The notes beneath the pieces are model-generated. The model worked only from the letters and a program-made list of their open reading frames with translations. It was not told where the DNA came from and searched no databases. Shown here piece by piece: positions 45,264 through 54,125 of a stretch of 64,000 nucleotides of DNA (positions within the stretch are counted from its first letter, which is position 1; each line of letters opens with the position of its first letter). The stretch is taken from NCBI GenBank assembly GCA_024279275.1, contig JAJRRS010000128.1:2121-66120 (forward strand), given 5' to 3'. The stretch comes from Planctomycetota bacterium (GTDB lineage Bacteria > Planctomycetota > Phycisphaerae > Phycisphaerales > Phycisphaeraceae). Made by a program: the position numbers and the translations under genes.

Positions 45264-47198
45264 TTACTCCAACACCAGTTCGCCGAGCTGGATACGCCCG
45301 GCTTGTTCCTTGAATCGCCAGTTGAGCTTCATCGACGAATCGCCTTGTGCGCTCACACTCTTAACAGCGACCGATGCCTGCATCTTCAAGCCCGACTTGG
45401 GGGTAACGCTCAACACACGCCAGGGGATCGCCGCCTTGACCTCGTAGCCGTCGTCGGTCTGCGTGACGGTTTGCTCGATCTGGTCTTGACGTCCGCCGAA
45501 CCATTCCCCGACCTTGTCAGTCACAGCAAAGCCGAACTGAAAATCCTTATCGCTGCCCCAGACCAGCCCGTCGTTCTGTGGGTCGATGTACAATTCGACG
45601 CAGTCCTGTTCGTAAAGCTGGTCGGCGTCCAAAGTATTCACAACCTCGCCATCGGTAACGCGCACAACTATATATAGCGCCTGATCGTCCCAAGCGAACG
45701 CAAAGCTCGCTGAGACCTCGTTATCTTTACGGGGTTGCCCTTTCTCCAGACAATCCTCGGCGGTCACGGCGTGCCAGTCGGCCTGCTCCCAGCCGTGCGA
45801 CAGCGGACGCGCCTTCGCGGTACGGTTGCCCTTGTTCCAACTGGCGCTGAGCATCTCCGAGGGGATCGACTCCAGGCCGTAGACCGACGTGCTTTCATCT
45901 TTCACTTCACCCTCGGGGCGGAACCCGCCCAGGTCCATCGCCTGTTGGATTTCCGGGTTGGCCATGAAGTGTTTCCACACGAACCCGCTGCGGTAGTTTT
46001 CGATCATCATCAGCGTGATGCCGACATCGATACCGATCACGTGGTCAGCGGTGTAGCCGGTCTGTGGGTTGAAGGCATCGACGAATCCATAATGCTTCCA
46101 GACCCGGTCGCCGTAGGTTTTTTTCATGTGGCGAAGTGTGCGGATGCATTCGTCCGGCAAAAACGGGATCGACCCGGCGGCGGCACAGGGGACGACGGTG
46201 CCATCGATGTTGCCGGTGGCGGGTGGTCCACCCCATGCGGTGTACCCCCCGGCGTAGTCCGACGCGGTGATGCCCCAGAGGTCTTGACTGAAATGCGGAA
46301 AACGTTTGGCGAGTTTGATGCACATCTGCCGGTGTGCGCGTGTGGCGAGTACGGAGTTTCGGAAGTAGTTAGCGACGTCATCCCGCTTGCCACGGTAGTC
46401 GACGAAGGCATGTGAGAACTGGTGTGTGAATAGTGGCGGGCAGGCCATGTAGGTGAGGCCGTCGTAGGTGATGACGGGTTCGCGTTTCCAACTATTCCAG
46501 ACTTCGGGGGGTAGCGGGTGTGTGCTGGATCCCAGGCCCATCAGATAGATCATGGTGTGTTCACTGTAGCCGTCCCAGGTCGCGTTGAGAAATCCGTTCT
46601 CGGGATTCCAACCCATCGACAGGGTTTTGCCGTTGTTGAGCATCCAGGGCCAGTCGACTCGCTCGTATATTTTTGTTGCAAGCTCTTCGACTTCCGTGCC
46701 TTTGTAATACTGCCGGGCGGTCAACACACCGGCCATGAGCAGCCCGGTATCGATGGAGGAAAGCTCGCAGTCCCATACACGTTCGCCGGTCTTGTTGTTA
46801 ACGAAGTGATAATAAAACCCGTGTTCGTGGGGCATTTTCTCCCAGATAAACTTGAGCGTGGTCAGGACACGTTGGTAGGCTTGGTCGTGCTCGACCCAAC
46901 CTCGTTCATCGGCGACACAGACTGCGGCGAGTCCGAAGCCGGTCGAGGCGATGCTGGCCTCGGAATACTTGCCGCTACCGTCGGCTAAGGCGCGGTCGGC
47001 GATCAAGCCCGTGGTAGGCTCGGCCTGCTCCCAGAAGAACATGAAGCAGCGGCGTTCAAGCTCATCCAGAAAAGCATCATCGTCCTCGCCATCGACACGG
47101 GCTGACTCAGCAACCGGCACCGGTGCCGATGCAAATGCCTGGAACCCTACAAACAGGATGCTCAACATACAGATAGCGCTGATCGTTTTAATAGACAT
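45264..47198 (-). CDS. Secreted GH144-like (putative glucoamylase / DUF3131 type) glycoside hydrolase with C-terminal CBM9-like domain
   Basis: FFWEQAEPTTGLIADRA, ASIASTGFGLAAVCVADERGW and a C-terminal DCVELYIDPQNDG module. Assigned by motif recollection. Confidence 0.7.
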   Translation of the reverse strand: MSIKTISAICMLSILFVGFQAFASAPVPVAESARVDGEDDDAFLDELERRCFMFFWEQAEPTTGLIADRALADGSGKYSEASIASTGFGLAAVCVADERGWVEHDQAYQRVLTTLKFIWEKMPHEHGFYYHFVNNKTGERVWDCELSSIDTGLLMAGVLTARQYYKGTEVEELATKIYERVDWPWMLNNGKTLSMGWNPENGFLNATWDGYSEHTMIYLMGLGSSTHPLPPEVWNSWKREPVITYDGLTYMACPPLFTHQFSHAFVDYRGKRDDVANYFRNSVLATRAHRQMCIKLAKRFPHFSQDLWGITASDYAGGYTAWGGPPATGNIDGTVVPCAAAGSIPFLPDECIRTLRHMKKTYGDRVWKHYGFVDAFNPQTGYTADHVIGIDVGITLMMIENYRSGFVWKHFMANPEIQQAMDLGGFRPEGEVKDESTSVYGLESIPSEMLSASWNKGNRTAKARPLSHGWEQADWHAVTAEDCLEKGQPRKDNEVSASFAFAWDDQALYIVVRVTDGEVVNTLDADQLYEQDCVELYIDPQNDGLVWGSDKDFQFGFAVTDKVGEWFGGRQDQIEQTVTQTDDGYEVKAAIPWRVLSVTPKSGLKMQASVAVKSVSAQGDSSMKLNWRFKEQAGRIQLGELVLE

Positions 47199-47280
47199 AG
47201 CTCCTCAAATTCCCGCCGGCACAGACAACGGGTTAAAATCTTCGGGTGGCCATACTCGGATCGTGAGCCTCGGCCCTAAA

Positions 47281-49713
47281 TTACATCTGCGATTCGTCCC
47301 CGGCCTCCCACAGGCTCAACGGCGGCGCGTATGAATGATCCGCATCCGTCGTGTCGCCCCCAGACATGGCGTGCATCATATCCATCGACATGAACGCCGA
47401 TCGTGATCCCTGCTGCCAACTCGCGATACCCGATCGCTGCGTCGCAGTTAACGAACGCCCCACAGTTGCATCTGTTGGTTCTTTCAAGGATCGCGATCGC
47501 GAATTTCTGTCGGTCACCACCACTTCCGTAGCAGCCGCGGAAACGGGTTCCGACGTGCTCAGCACCGACGTAACGGTGGCTGATTCACTCAAGGCTTCCG
47601 CGGTCGGCGGGGTACTCGCGTTCCAGTTGCCTAACACCGTGTTCAGGTCATCTATACCCACAAACCCGTCGCCGCTAGGATCGCCTGCAAACCAATCACC
47701 CGGTGCGACCGCCTGGTTCCAGTTACCCAGCACGGTGTTGAGATCATCAATGCCTACGAAGCCGTCCTTGTTCAGGTCGCCGTTGAGCAGTTCATCGGGG
47801 AACACCAGGTCCAGCGCCGCTTGGACTTCGGGCAGGTCATTCAGAAAGCGGCTGTCGTCGTAGAGGTAATCCATGTATGCCATGGTCGCCAGCGAGGTGT
47901 TCCAGAGGTCGTTGTTGGCGGGGTAACTGGTGGGTTCAGCGGCTCCGGTCGCCCAGATCGCCGAGTCACTTAGACCAAACGGGCCGTGGAGGTTGTGTTG
48001 CAGACTGTTGCGGAGCGCCGCCTCGGCAAACTGCGGCTCACCCAGGAAGCTAAACGCCACCGACCAGGGCATGAAGACGTCAGGCTCGCCGAAGTTGTTG
48101 TAAGCGCTGAACTGCTGATACTGCGACCCGCTTGATCCTGCATCCGGCTGGAGGAACAGGCCACGCCCGTTCTGCTCGAAATAATCGTGTACGTCTTTCT
48201 GATATTTCACGGCGTTGTCGAACGGGTTGGTGCTCTGGAACCCGTTGGGGAAGTTATCCGTGCCGCGGTCGTTGGTATCTACATAAAGGTCAAATAACCA
48301 CTGCACGAACGGCGGGCGGAACTGGGTGAATGTGTGGTTGAACTGTGTGTTCGCCGGGTCGACCAGGAAACTGGCTGCCCGAACGGTCCCGGAGTGAAAG
48401 TTCGTGGTGATATCGACGTGGTTGACCTGCGCCAGGTGCGCCGCCAAAGAGATGGTCCATATTTCTCCGCCGTAGCCGTTGTACCCCGCGTTGATAAACG
48501 AGTCGGTGTCGTGGTTGTAGGCGAACGACCAGCCGCCGCCGGGCAGTTGGAACGAGGCGAAGTCGAAACGGTCGAGCAGCGTCTCGATGCTGGTGTTTAA
48601 GTTTGCATCGATGCCCGCCTGCGATTTGTAGCCGTACAACGCCAGGAACATGAATGCGCCGTCGATGACGGATTCTTCGGGATTCGTCGGGGTAAAGGTC
48701 ACGCGATCCATGTATCGGGCGGGCAGGAATCCCCCGCCCATTGCGGCTTGGTTGTCCATCCCGGTGTTCATGGTCACGACCATCTGTGTGAGCAAGGCAT
48801 CCGCCTGGACCCGTGTAACCCAACCGCGTTCGATCGCTCCGGGGAGCAGCTTGATCAGGGACGATGTGGTGTTCATCGCCATAACCCGGCCACTCTGGGC
48901 ATTGGTTTCCAGCGCGCCGGTCGCCGGATCGGCTGCGCCAAAGAGGCTGCGGAACTGGCGTTCGGCTAAACGTTCGATGAGGTCGTTGATCGGGGCGGTG
49001 GCGGGGTCCAGTACACCGCCGGGTTCGACGAAGACCATGTCGTCGAGGATAACCTGGCCGTTGACCGCGGAGCCTTGATTGGCTTCGACCAGCAGCGCGA
49101 ATTGTCTGGCACGGGTAAAGTCCGGGTTGCCCGCGATCACCCAGCCGGGTGCCGCCAGGTCCAATGGCACGACAATCTCGGTCCATTGATCTGCCGCAGC
49201 GATCACATAGTTCTGGCTCGCCCGGTGTGAGTTGCTGTCGCGGTAGTCTTTGACCTCGAAGCGGAGTGTGAAGCTCGACCCGGTCTGGTTCCGCAGGAAG
49301 AACCGGACCTCGTTAAAAGCTGTGATGTCGCGTGTGTCGGTGTAGAGGTTGCTGGGTTCTGTGCCGCCCAGCGTGGTAATGACAAAACCGAACCCACCCT
49401 GCGTGACGTTGACGTTCATCTTTACCGCGCCGTTGCCGGTGCGGACCAGTGCCGGGTCGTTGGTGTGAGACACCGTTGCGTTGAACGCAAGATTCGTGAC
49501 CCCGCCGAAGCGGTTCAGCAGGTTGTTGCCGCCGGAGACGGTTTCGCCATCCAGTAGCGGAATCTGGCTGATGTCCTGAGACAGTGTCAGCGAGGCCAAT
49601 TCTTCCGGGGCAAAGACACTGGCCGGTTGGGCACTAAGCAATATCCTCGGTTCCAGAGGTTCCAGTAAGTGTTGCGAGTGAGCCGGCATACACGGGCACC
49701 TTTCCCTTGCCAA
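47281..49713 (-). CDS. Large secreted protein: LEPLEPRILLSA N-terminus, distant GH144-like alpha/alpha-barrel region, two dockerin-like repeats
   Basis: AIERGWVT and FMFLALYGYK resemble the neighbouring GH144-like protein. It also has GDLNKDGFVGIDDLNTVLGNWNQ and GDPSGDGFVGIDDLNTVLGNWN. Confidence 0.65.
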   Translation of the reverse strand: MARERCPCMPAHSQHLLEPLEPRILLSAQPASVFAPEELASLTLSQDISQIPLLDGETVSGGNNLLNRFGGVTNLAFNATVSHTNDPALVRTGNGAVKMNVNVTQGGFGFVITTLGGTEPSNLYTDTRDITAFNEVRFFLRNQTGSSFTLRFEVKDYRDSNSHRASQNYVIAAADQWTEIVVPLDLAAPGWVIAGNPDFTRARQFALLVEANQGSAVNGQVILDDMVFVEPGGVLDPATAPINDLIERLAERQFRSLFGAADPATGALETNAQSGRVMAMNTTSSLIKLLPGAIERGWVTRVQADALLTQMVVTMNTGMDNQAAMGGGFLPARYMDRVTFTPTNPEESVIDGAFMFLALYGYKSQAGIDANLNTSIETLLDRFDFASFQLPGGGWSFAYNHDTDSFINAGYNGYGGEIWTISLAAHLAQVNHVDITTNFHSGTVRAASFLVDPANTQFNHTFTQFRPPFVQWLFDLYVDTNDRGTDNFPNGFQSTNPFDNAVKYQKDVHDYFEQNGRGLFLQPDAGSSGSQYQQFSAYNNFGEPDVFMPWSVAFSFLGEPQFAEAALRNSLQHNLHGPFGLSDSAIWATGAAEPTSYPANNDLWNTSLATMAYMDYLYDDSRFLNDLPEVQAALDLVFPDELLNGDLNKDGFVGIDDLNTVLGNWNQAVAPGDWFAGDPSGDGFVGIDDLNTVLGNWNASTPPTAEALSESATVTSVLSTSEPVSAAATEVVVTDRNSRSRSLKEPTDATVGRSLTATQRSGIASWQQGSRSAFMSMDMMHAMSGGDTTDADHSYAPPLSLWEAGDESQM

Positions 49714-49811
49714 TCATTCAGACGGGTCATGCCAACGAGGATTGGAATCCCGGGCATGAAACACATCATACCTGCGTGGTGATCGGTCCGGTCCGGGCAC
49801 TGGCGTCTGGA

Positions 49812-50597
49812 TCAGGGTTGAGATGTTTGACCAACCTTGTCGGGATTCCCCCACCGGTACCAGACATCATTGCCCACGGGGTCTTTGCGGGCGGTCAACG
49901 GATCGCGGTATTCCTTACGGTCCATGTGTTCGGAGTGACCGTCAAGAAAACTCAGGTTCTCACCGTTCCCATGCCGGGCTATATCCGGGTTCAGTATGGA
50001 CCCGTCTTCATTGGTCGATCCCCAGTCTATGTCGATGGCGACCACCGTCCAGGTTGTGTAGGGCAACTGTCCGATGGGCCGGTCGATCACGCCGTCGGGC
50101 GGAGTGTTCAGTGCCTGTGTGGTCCCGATGTTGTCGTTGAGTTTATAGTCGGTGTACTTGGGGATATTGTTCCAAAGCAGTTCGGTGGGGAACTTGGGCT
50201 TAAACTTGGATTCGTAACGACCGTTGCCGAAGAAGTTCGGCGCCTGCCAGTTCCAGAGCTGGCCGCTGCTGGAGGTCGCTTCTGCGGAGGGGCATAGAAA
50301 TATCTGGTCGCCGCCCAGATACGAGTTCAGCAGGTAGACCTGGTCTCCCTGACGATTGAAACTTGGGATCAGGGGCAGGTAGTCATCAAAATCGTTCGCG
50401 TAATACTGAGCGGCCAGCGCGATCTGCCTGACATTGGACAGGCACTTGGAGGTCTGCGCAGAACGGCGTGCGGCACCTAATGCCGGGAGCAGGATCCCCA
50501 CCAGTAGCGCGATGATGGAGATCACCACCAGCAGCTCGATCAGTGTGAACCCGGTGGCTCGGCCTGTCCTGGTGTTTGGGGTAAGTTCGCGGGTCAT
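49812..50597 (-). CDS. Prepilin-type N-terminal cleavage/methylation protein with H-X9-DG motif (DUF1559-like pseudopilin)
   Basis: [25 protein letters not shown] and [13 protein letters not shown] motifs. Confidence 0.88.
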   Translation of the reverse strand: MTRELTPNTRTGRATGFTLIELLVVISIIALLVGILLPALGAARRSAQTSKCLSNVRQIALAAQYYANDFDDYLPLIPSFNRQGDQVYLLNSYLGGDQIFLCPSAEATSSSGQLWNWQAPNFFGNGRYESKFKPKFPTELLWNNIPKYTDYKLNDNIGTTQALNTPPDGVIDRPIGQLPYTTWTVVAIDIDWGSTNEDGSILNPDIARHGNGENLSFLDGHSEHMDRKEYRDPLTARKDPVGNDVWYRWGNPDKVGQTSQP

Positions 50598-50747
50598 AGC
50601 TGTGGACTCCTCACCCCAACGGTTTGGGGGGGCGGTGTGTTTGGTTTCAATGCTTCGATCAGCAAAGCAAGTATCAAGCAGGTTTCACAAGGCCTTGTAA
50701 GCGGAGGGGCCCGAGTTAACGGCCCCCTCCGGGAGAGTGCGATCCAA

Positions 50748-51509
50748 TCAGCGTTTACGACGCAGCATCGCCAAGCCACCAAGGCCCATCAGGCCGAGGC
50801 TGGCCGGCTCGGGCGTGATGACGACGTTGTTGAACGTCGTGGTCACCTGGCTGGTGGTCGTGGGGGCACTGGGGATGTTCTGGGCGTACATCCCAACGGA
50901 GTGTGCCACCGGTCCGCCCTCGGTGTTGGACCAGTTCAGCGGGCCGCTTGTTTCCAAACCGGCACCGCGATCGATGAGGTATTCGACCGTACCCGGTGAG
51001 CCGAAGACCCCGCTGGATTGGTAAACCATCTTCATGAAGATCGTGCTGCCGGGGACGTAGCCGTTGGCGGCACCCGCTGCGGCAAAACTGAAGAACGGGG
51101 CACCACCGCCGAAGGCGACGATCTCGCCGTTGTCCTTAATCAGGAACAGCGCGTCGCCTGTCACGGGGGCGTTCAGGCGCAGCCCCGCCTCGGCGGACGC
51201 GTCGGTGAGGCTGAGTGTCACGTCGGCTTCGATCGAGAAATCCTCAAGCAGATCAAAACTCTGGTCCGACGCGCCGCCGTCACTGGACGCTACCGCGTCG
51301 TGACGGTTTGCCCAGCCTCCGGTCCCGAACGGGCCTTCGCTAAACTGAACCGAACTGAGGTTGTCGGTCGTGGTCACCAGCGTACTGCTGGGGAAGTCGT
51401 TGAACACGCGCTCATTGATCTTCAGCGAAGTCGCGGCGGACGCCGACTGCGTGATTGCTAAACCAATGATTGCTGTTCCTGCCAGTTTCATCATGTTCAT
51501 ACTTCTCAT
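50748..51509 (-). CDS. PEP-CTERM secreted protein, paralog of 51637..52662
   Basis: NERVFNDFPSSTLVTTTDN aligns with VERNFNDFPNSTLVTTNNY in the neighbouring gene. The C-terminus is TPEPASLGLMGLGGLAMLRRKR. Confidence 0.8.
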   Translation of the reverse strand: MRSMNMMKLAGTAIIGLAITQSASAATSLKINERVFNDFPSSTLVTTTDNLSSVQFSEGPFGTGGWANRHDAVASSDGGASDQSFDLLEDFSIEADVTLSLTDASAEAGLRLNAPVTGDALFLIKDNGEIVAFGGGAPFFSFAAAGAANGYVPGSTIFMKMVYQSSGVFGSPGTVEYLIDRGAGLETSGPLNWSNTEGGPVAHSVGMYAQNIPSAPTTTSQVTTTFNNVVITPEPASLGLMGLGGLAMLRRKR

Positions 51510-51636
51510 TTCTCCGTCTCCTGTCTGTTAAATAAGGACTTGAAACTATGGGCGATACGTCGCCCTTGTGATTGATTTTCGTGGGCCGTCGATCGGTCCG
51601 GCCCGGCTCGCGGCGGCAACCAAACGGTAGCCCGGT

Positions 51637-52662
51637 TTATCGGCGCCGGCGTAGCATGGCCACACCACCCAGACTCAGCAGTGCGAGCGTGGTCGGTTCG
51701 GGCACGGCTCCGGAAGCGGGGGGTGTGCCCGCGTTCCAGTTGCCCAAGACCGTGTTGAGGTCGTCGATCCCGACAAACCCGTCACCCGAGGGATCGGCAG
51801 CCGGGTCGGCGGGGGGCACGTTCTGGTTCCAGTTACCCAGGACGATGTTCAGGTCGGCGATACCCACAAACCCGTCGCCGTCCAGGTCGCCTAGAAGCGG
51901 TGGCGATAGCTGACCGATGCTGATATTGCTGAAGGTGGTGACCACGGCATCGGTGGAGATGTTGACGGCGTTGATGGCGTTCTGTGCGTAGACGCCGACT
52001 TCCGATCCATCGATCACGCCGTTCTCGGTGTTGAAAATCTCAAGCGGGCCTGTGGAGATGCCATCGACCAGATATTCCATGGTCGCTGGCATGACACCGC
52101 CCGCGCCGTCGCCGGGTGTGTAGACCATCTTCATGTTGACGGTCGTGCCCGGCGTGTAAGGCGTGCCGCCGAAGTTTCCGATGTTGGTGCTGGCGAACGG
52201 CAGGAACGAGCCGAACGCAGCGATCTCGCCGTCGGAAGTAATGATGAACAACCCCTCACCACCGACCTTGGTGTCGATGCGTATCCCGGCTTCCTTGCGG
52301 GGGCTGGTGAACAAAGGATCAAGATTTACATCCACACTCAACTCCCAGCCTTCACTGTTCTGGAAAGCGTACCGGGTGGAACCGCTGTCCGAACTGAACC
52401 ACGCCTGGTGCTGGTTCGCGAAGGGGTTTGGGATATTGATCAGGTCCGGGGGATCAAAGCTCGACTCATCGAACTGCAATATCGTGGGGTAATTGTTTGT
52501 CGTCACCAGCGTGCTGTTGGGGAAGTCATTAAAGTTCCTCTCTACAACTACAAAGCTGTTGATGTCCGTGACCGCGGCCCTAGCCGAGTTGGTCAAGGCC
52601 GAGCCTGTCAAGGCCATCGCGACCACGGCTGAGCAGGCCGCCGCAGATTGACTACTGTTCAT
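51637..52662 (-). CDS. PEP-CTERM secreted protein with two dockerin-like repeats
   Basis: The ATG at 52662 follows a GGAGGAATGGGATC RBS. It has GDLDGDGFVGIADLNIVLGNWNQ and DPSGDGFVGIDDLNTVLGNWN, then VPEPTTLALLSLGGVAMLRRRR. Confidence 0.8.
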   Translation of the reverse strand: MNSSQSAAACSAVVAMALTGSALTNSARAAVTDINSFVVVERNFNDFPNSTLVTTNNYPTILQFDESSFDPPDLINIPNPFANQHQAWFSSDSGSTRYAFQNSEGWELSVDVNLDPLFTSPRKEAGIRIDTKVGGEGLFIITSDGEIAAFGSFLPFASTNIGNFGGTPYTPGTTVNMKMVYTPGDGAGGVMPATMEYLVDGISTGPLEIFNTENGVIDGSEVGVYAQNAINAVNISTDAVVTTFSNISIGQLSPPLLGDLDGDGFVGIADLNIVLGNWNQNVPPADPAADPSGDGFVGIDDLNTVLGNWNAGTPPASGAVPEPTTLALLSLGGVAMLRRRR

Positions 52663-52760
52663 GATCCCATTCCTCCAAGTTAGTAAAGCCGAACTGATCG
52701 GTACGAACAATTAATAAGAAAATCCATCTATCCAGGTCCGCGATACACATCGCGTCACCC

Positions 52761-52776
52761 GTGTAAGCCCTTACAC
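52761..52776. promoter_or_regulatory. Candidate LacI-family operator GTGTAAGCCCTTACAC
   Basis: A 16-bp palindrome (7/8 half-site match) lies 100 nt upstream of the start at 52662 and 79 nt downstream of the LacI gene stop. It resembles the TGTAAnCGnTTACA-type operator consensus. Confidence 0.35.
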
Positions 52777-52854
52777 TCTTGCTGGCAAAAACAATTGCCT
52801 CCGACTCATCCTCAAAATCAATCGCCGGCACGACTCGTGCGGGCGTGTAAAACG

Positions 52855-53928
52855 TTAAGATTTCTTCTCCACACCACATGAACGCCGAACGACCAGGTCG
52901 GTTGCCAGCACCTGCTCGAGTTGTGTCCGTCCGCCTGTAACCAGATTGATCGCCGCTTGGGACGCGACCCGGCCCATCTCACGCATCGGCGAACGCACGG
53001 TGGTCAAGCCCAGGTAACGCGCCGCCTGAACGTCGTCGAACCCGACCAGAGCCATGTCGTCTGGCACGCTCAGCCCACGCTCGCGCATCGCTTCCATTAC
53101 GCCCATCGCCATCGGGTCGTTGAGCGCAAACATCGCGTCGGGAAGCGGCTTGCCCGAGTCAAGCCAATTGTTCATCAGCTCATAACCGCTTTCCCATAAA
53201 AAATTGCCCGGCCAGACCAGGTCTTTATTCAGCTTGTATCCGGCGTGCTTCGCGGCACGCTGGCATCCGTCGAAGCGTTGCTCGGCATCAATCGTCCCGT
53301 CCGGGCCTTTCAAGATTGCGATACGCTTGTAGCCCAGCCCCAGCAGGTGCGACATCGCCGCGCCGGCACCGGAAATATTATCGATCATCACCGACGCGAC
53401 CCGCGCGCCTTTCACCGGGCGATCGATCAAGACGATCGGCAACTCACGCTGCGAAGCCTGGCGTACGAACTGGTCTGACATCCCCAGGCTCATGAGGATC
53501 AGCGCATCAACGCGGCCCGCCTGGAGGTACTCGGCGATCCGGCCGTGCTCATCGTCTTTACCTTGAGAAAACGCGACCATCAGGTGATAGTCCCGGCTGA
53601 CCGCGTATTCGTTGATGCCCTTGAGCACCTCACTGAAGAAGCCCGAATCGATCCCGGGGAAGACCACGCCGATGGTGTCGGTTTTCTGCCGGGCCAAGGC
53701 GCGGGCGGAATGGTTTCGCATGTAACCCAATTTCTCGATGGCTTTGAGAACACGACCCCGTGTGGCCGGGCTGACCTTGGGTGATTGATTGATGACTCGG
53801 GACACGGTCGCGGTGGAGACTCCGCTTTGACGGGAGACATCCAGAACGGTGACCGGACGGGCAAAATCGCCCGTGCCATCCCGAAGAATGGTATCGCTTA
53901 CATCAGGCATGTAATCGTTTACATTCAT
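52855..53928 (-). CDS. LacI-family transcriptional regulator
   Basis: The HTH is VTVLDVSRQSGVSTATVSRVINQSPKVSPATRGRVLKAIEKLGY, followed by a periplasmic-binding-protein-like effector domain. Confidence 0.92.
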   Translation of the reverse strand: MNVNDYMPDVSDTILRDGTGDFARPVTVLDVSRQSGVSTATVSRVINQSPKVSPATRGRVLKAIEKLGYMRNHSARALARQKTDTIGVVFPGIDSGFFSEVLKGINEYAVSRDYHLMVAFSQGKDDEHGRIAEYLQAGRVDALILMSLGMSDQFVRQASQRELPIVLIDRPVKGARVASVMIDNISGAGAAMSHLLGLGYKRIAILKGPDGTIDAEQRFDGCQRAAKHAGYKLNKDLVWPGNFLWESGYELMNNWLDSGKPLPDAMFALNDPMAMGVMEAMRERGLSVPDDMALVGFDDVQAARYLGLTTVRSPMREMGRVASQAAINLVTGGRTQLEQVLATDLVVRRSCGVEKKS

Positions 53929-54125
53929 GGGCGTATCTTACCGCATCTCGTGGGGGTGTCAAGCCTATTTGTAACACTTGGAACGATTATTTGAGGGATT
54001 TTTTCCAAAGCCAGCCACCTTGTCAAGATGAGAGGAATCTGCAATCAACACCCGAATCGCCTATGTAACCCATTTATGTTTAGATGATTACGTGGGTCGC
54101 AACCGGCCATCACTCAAACCAAAAG

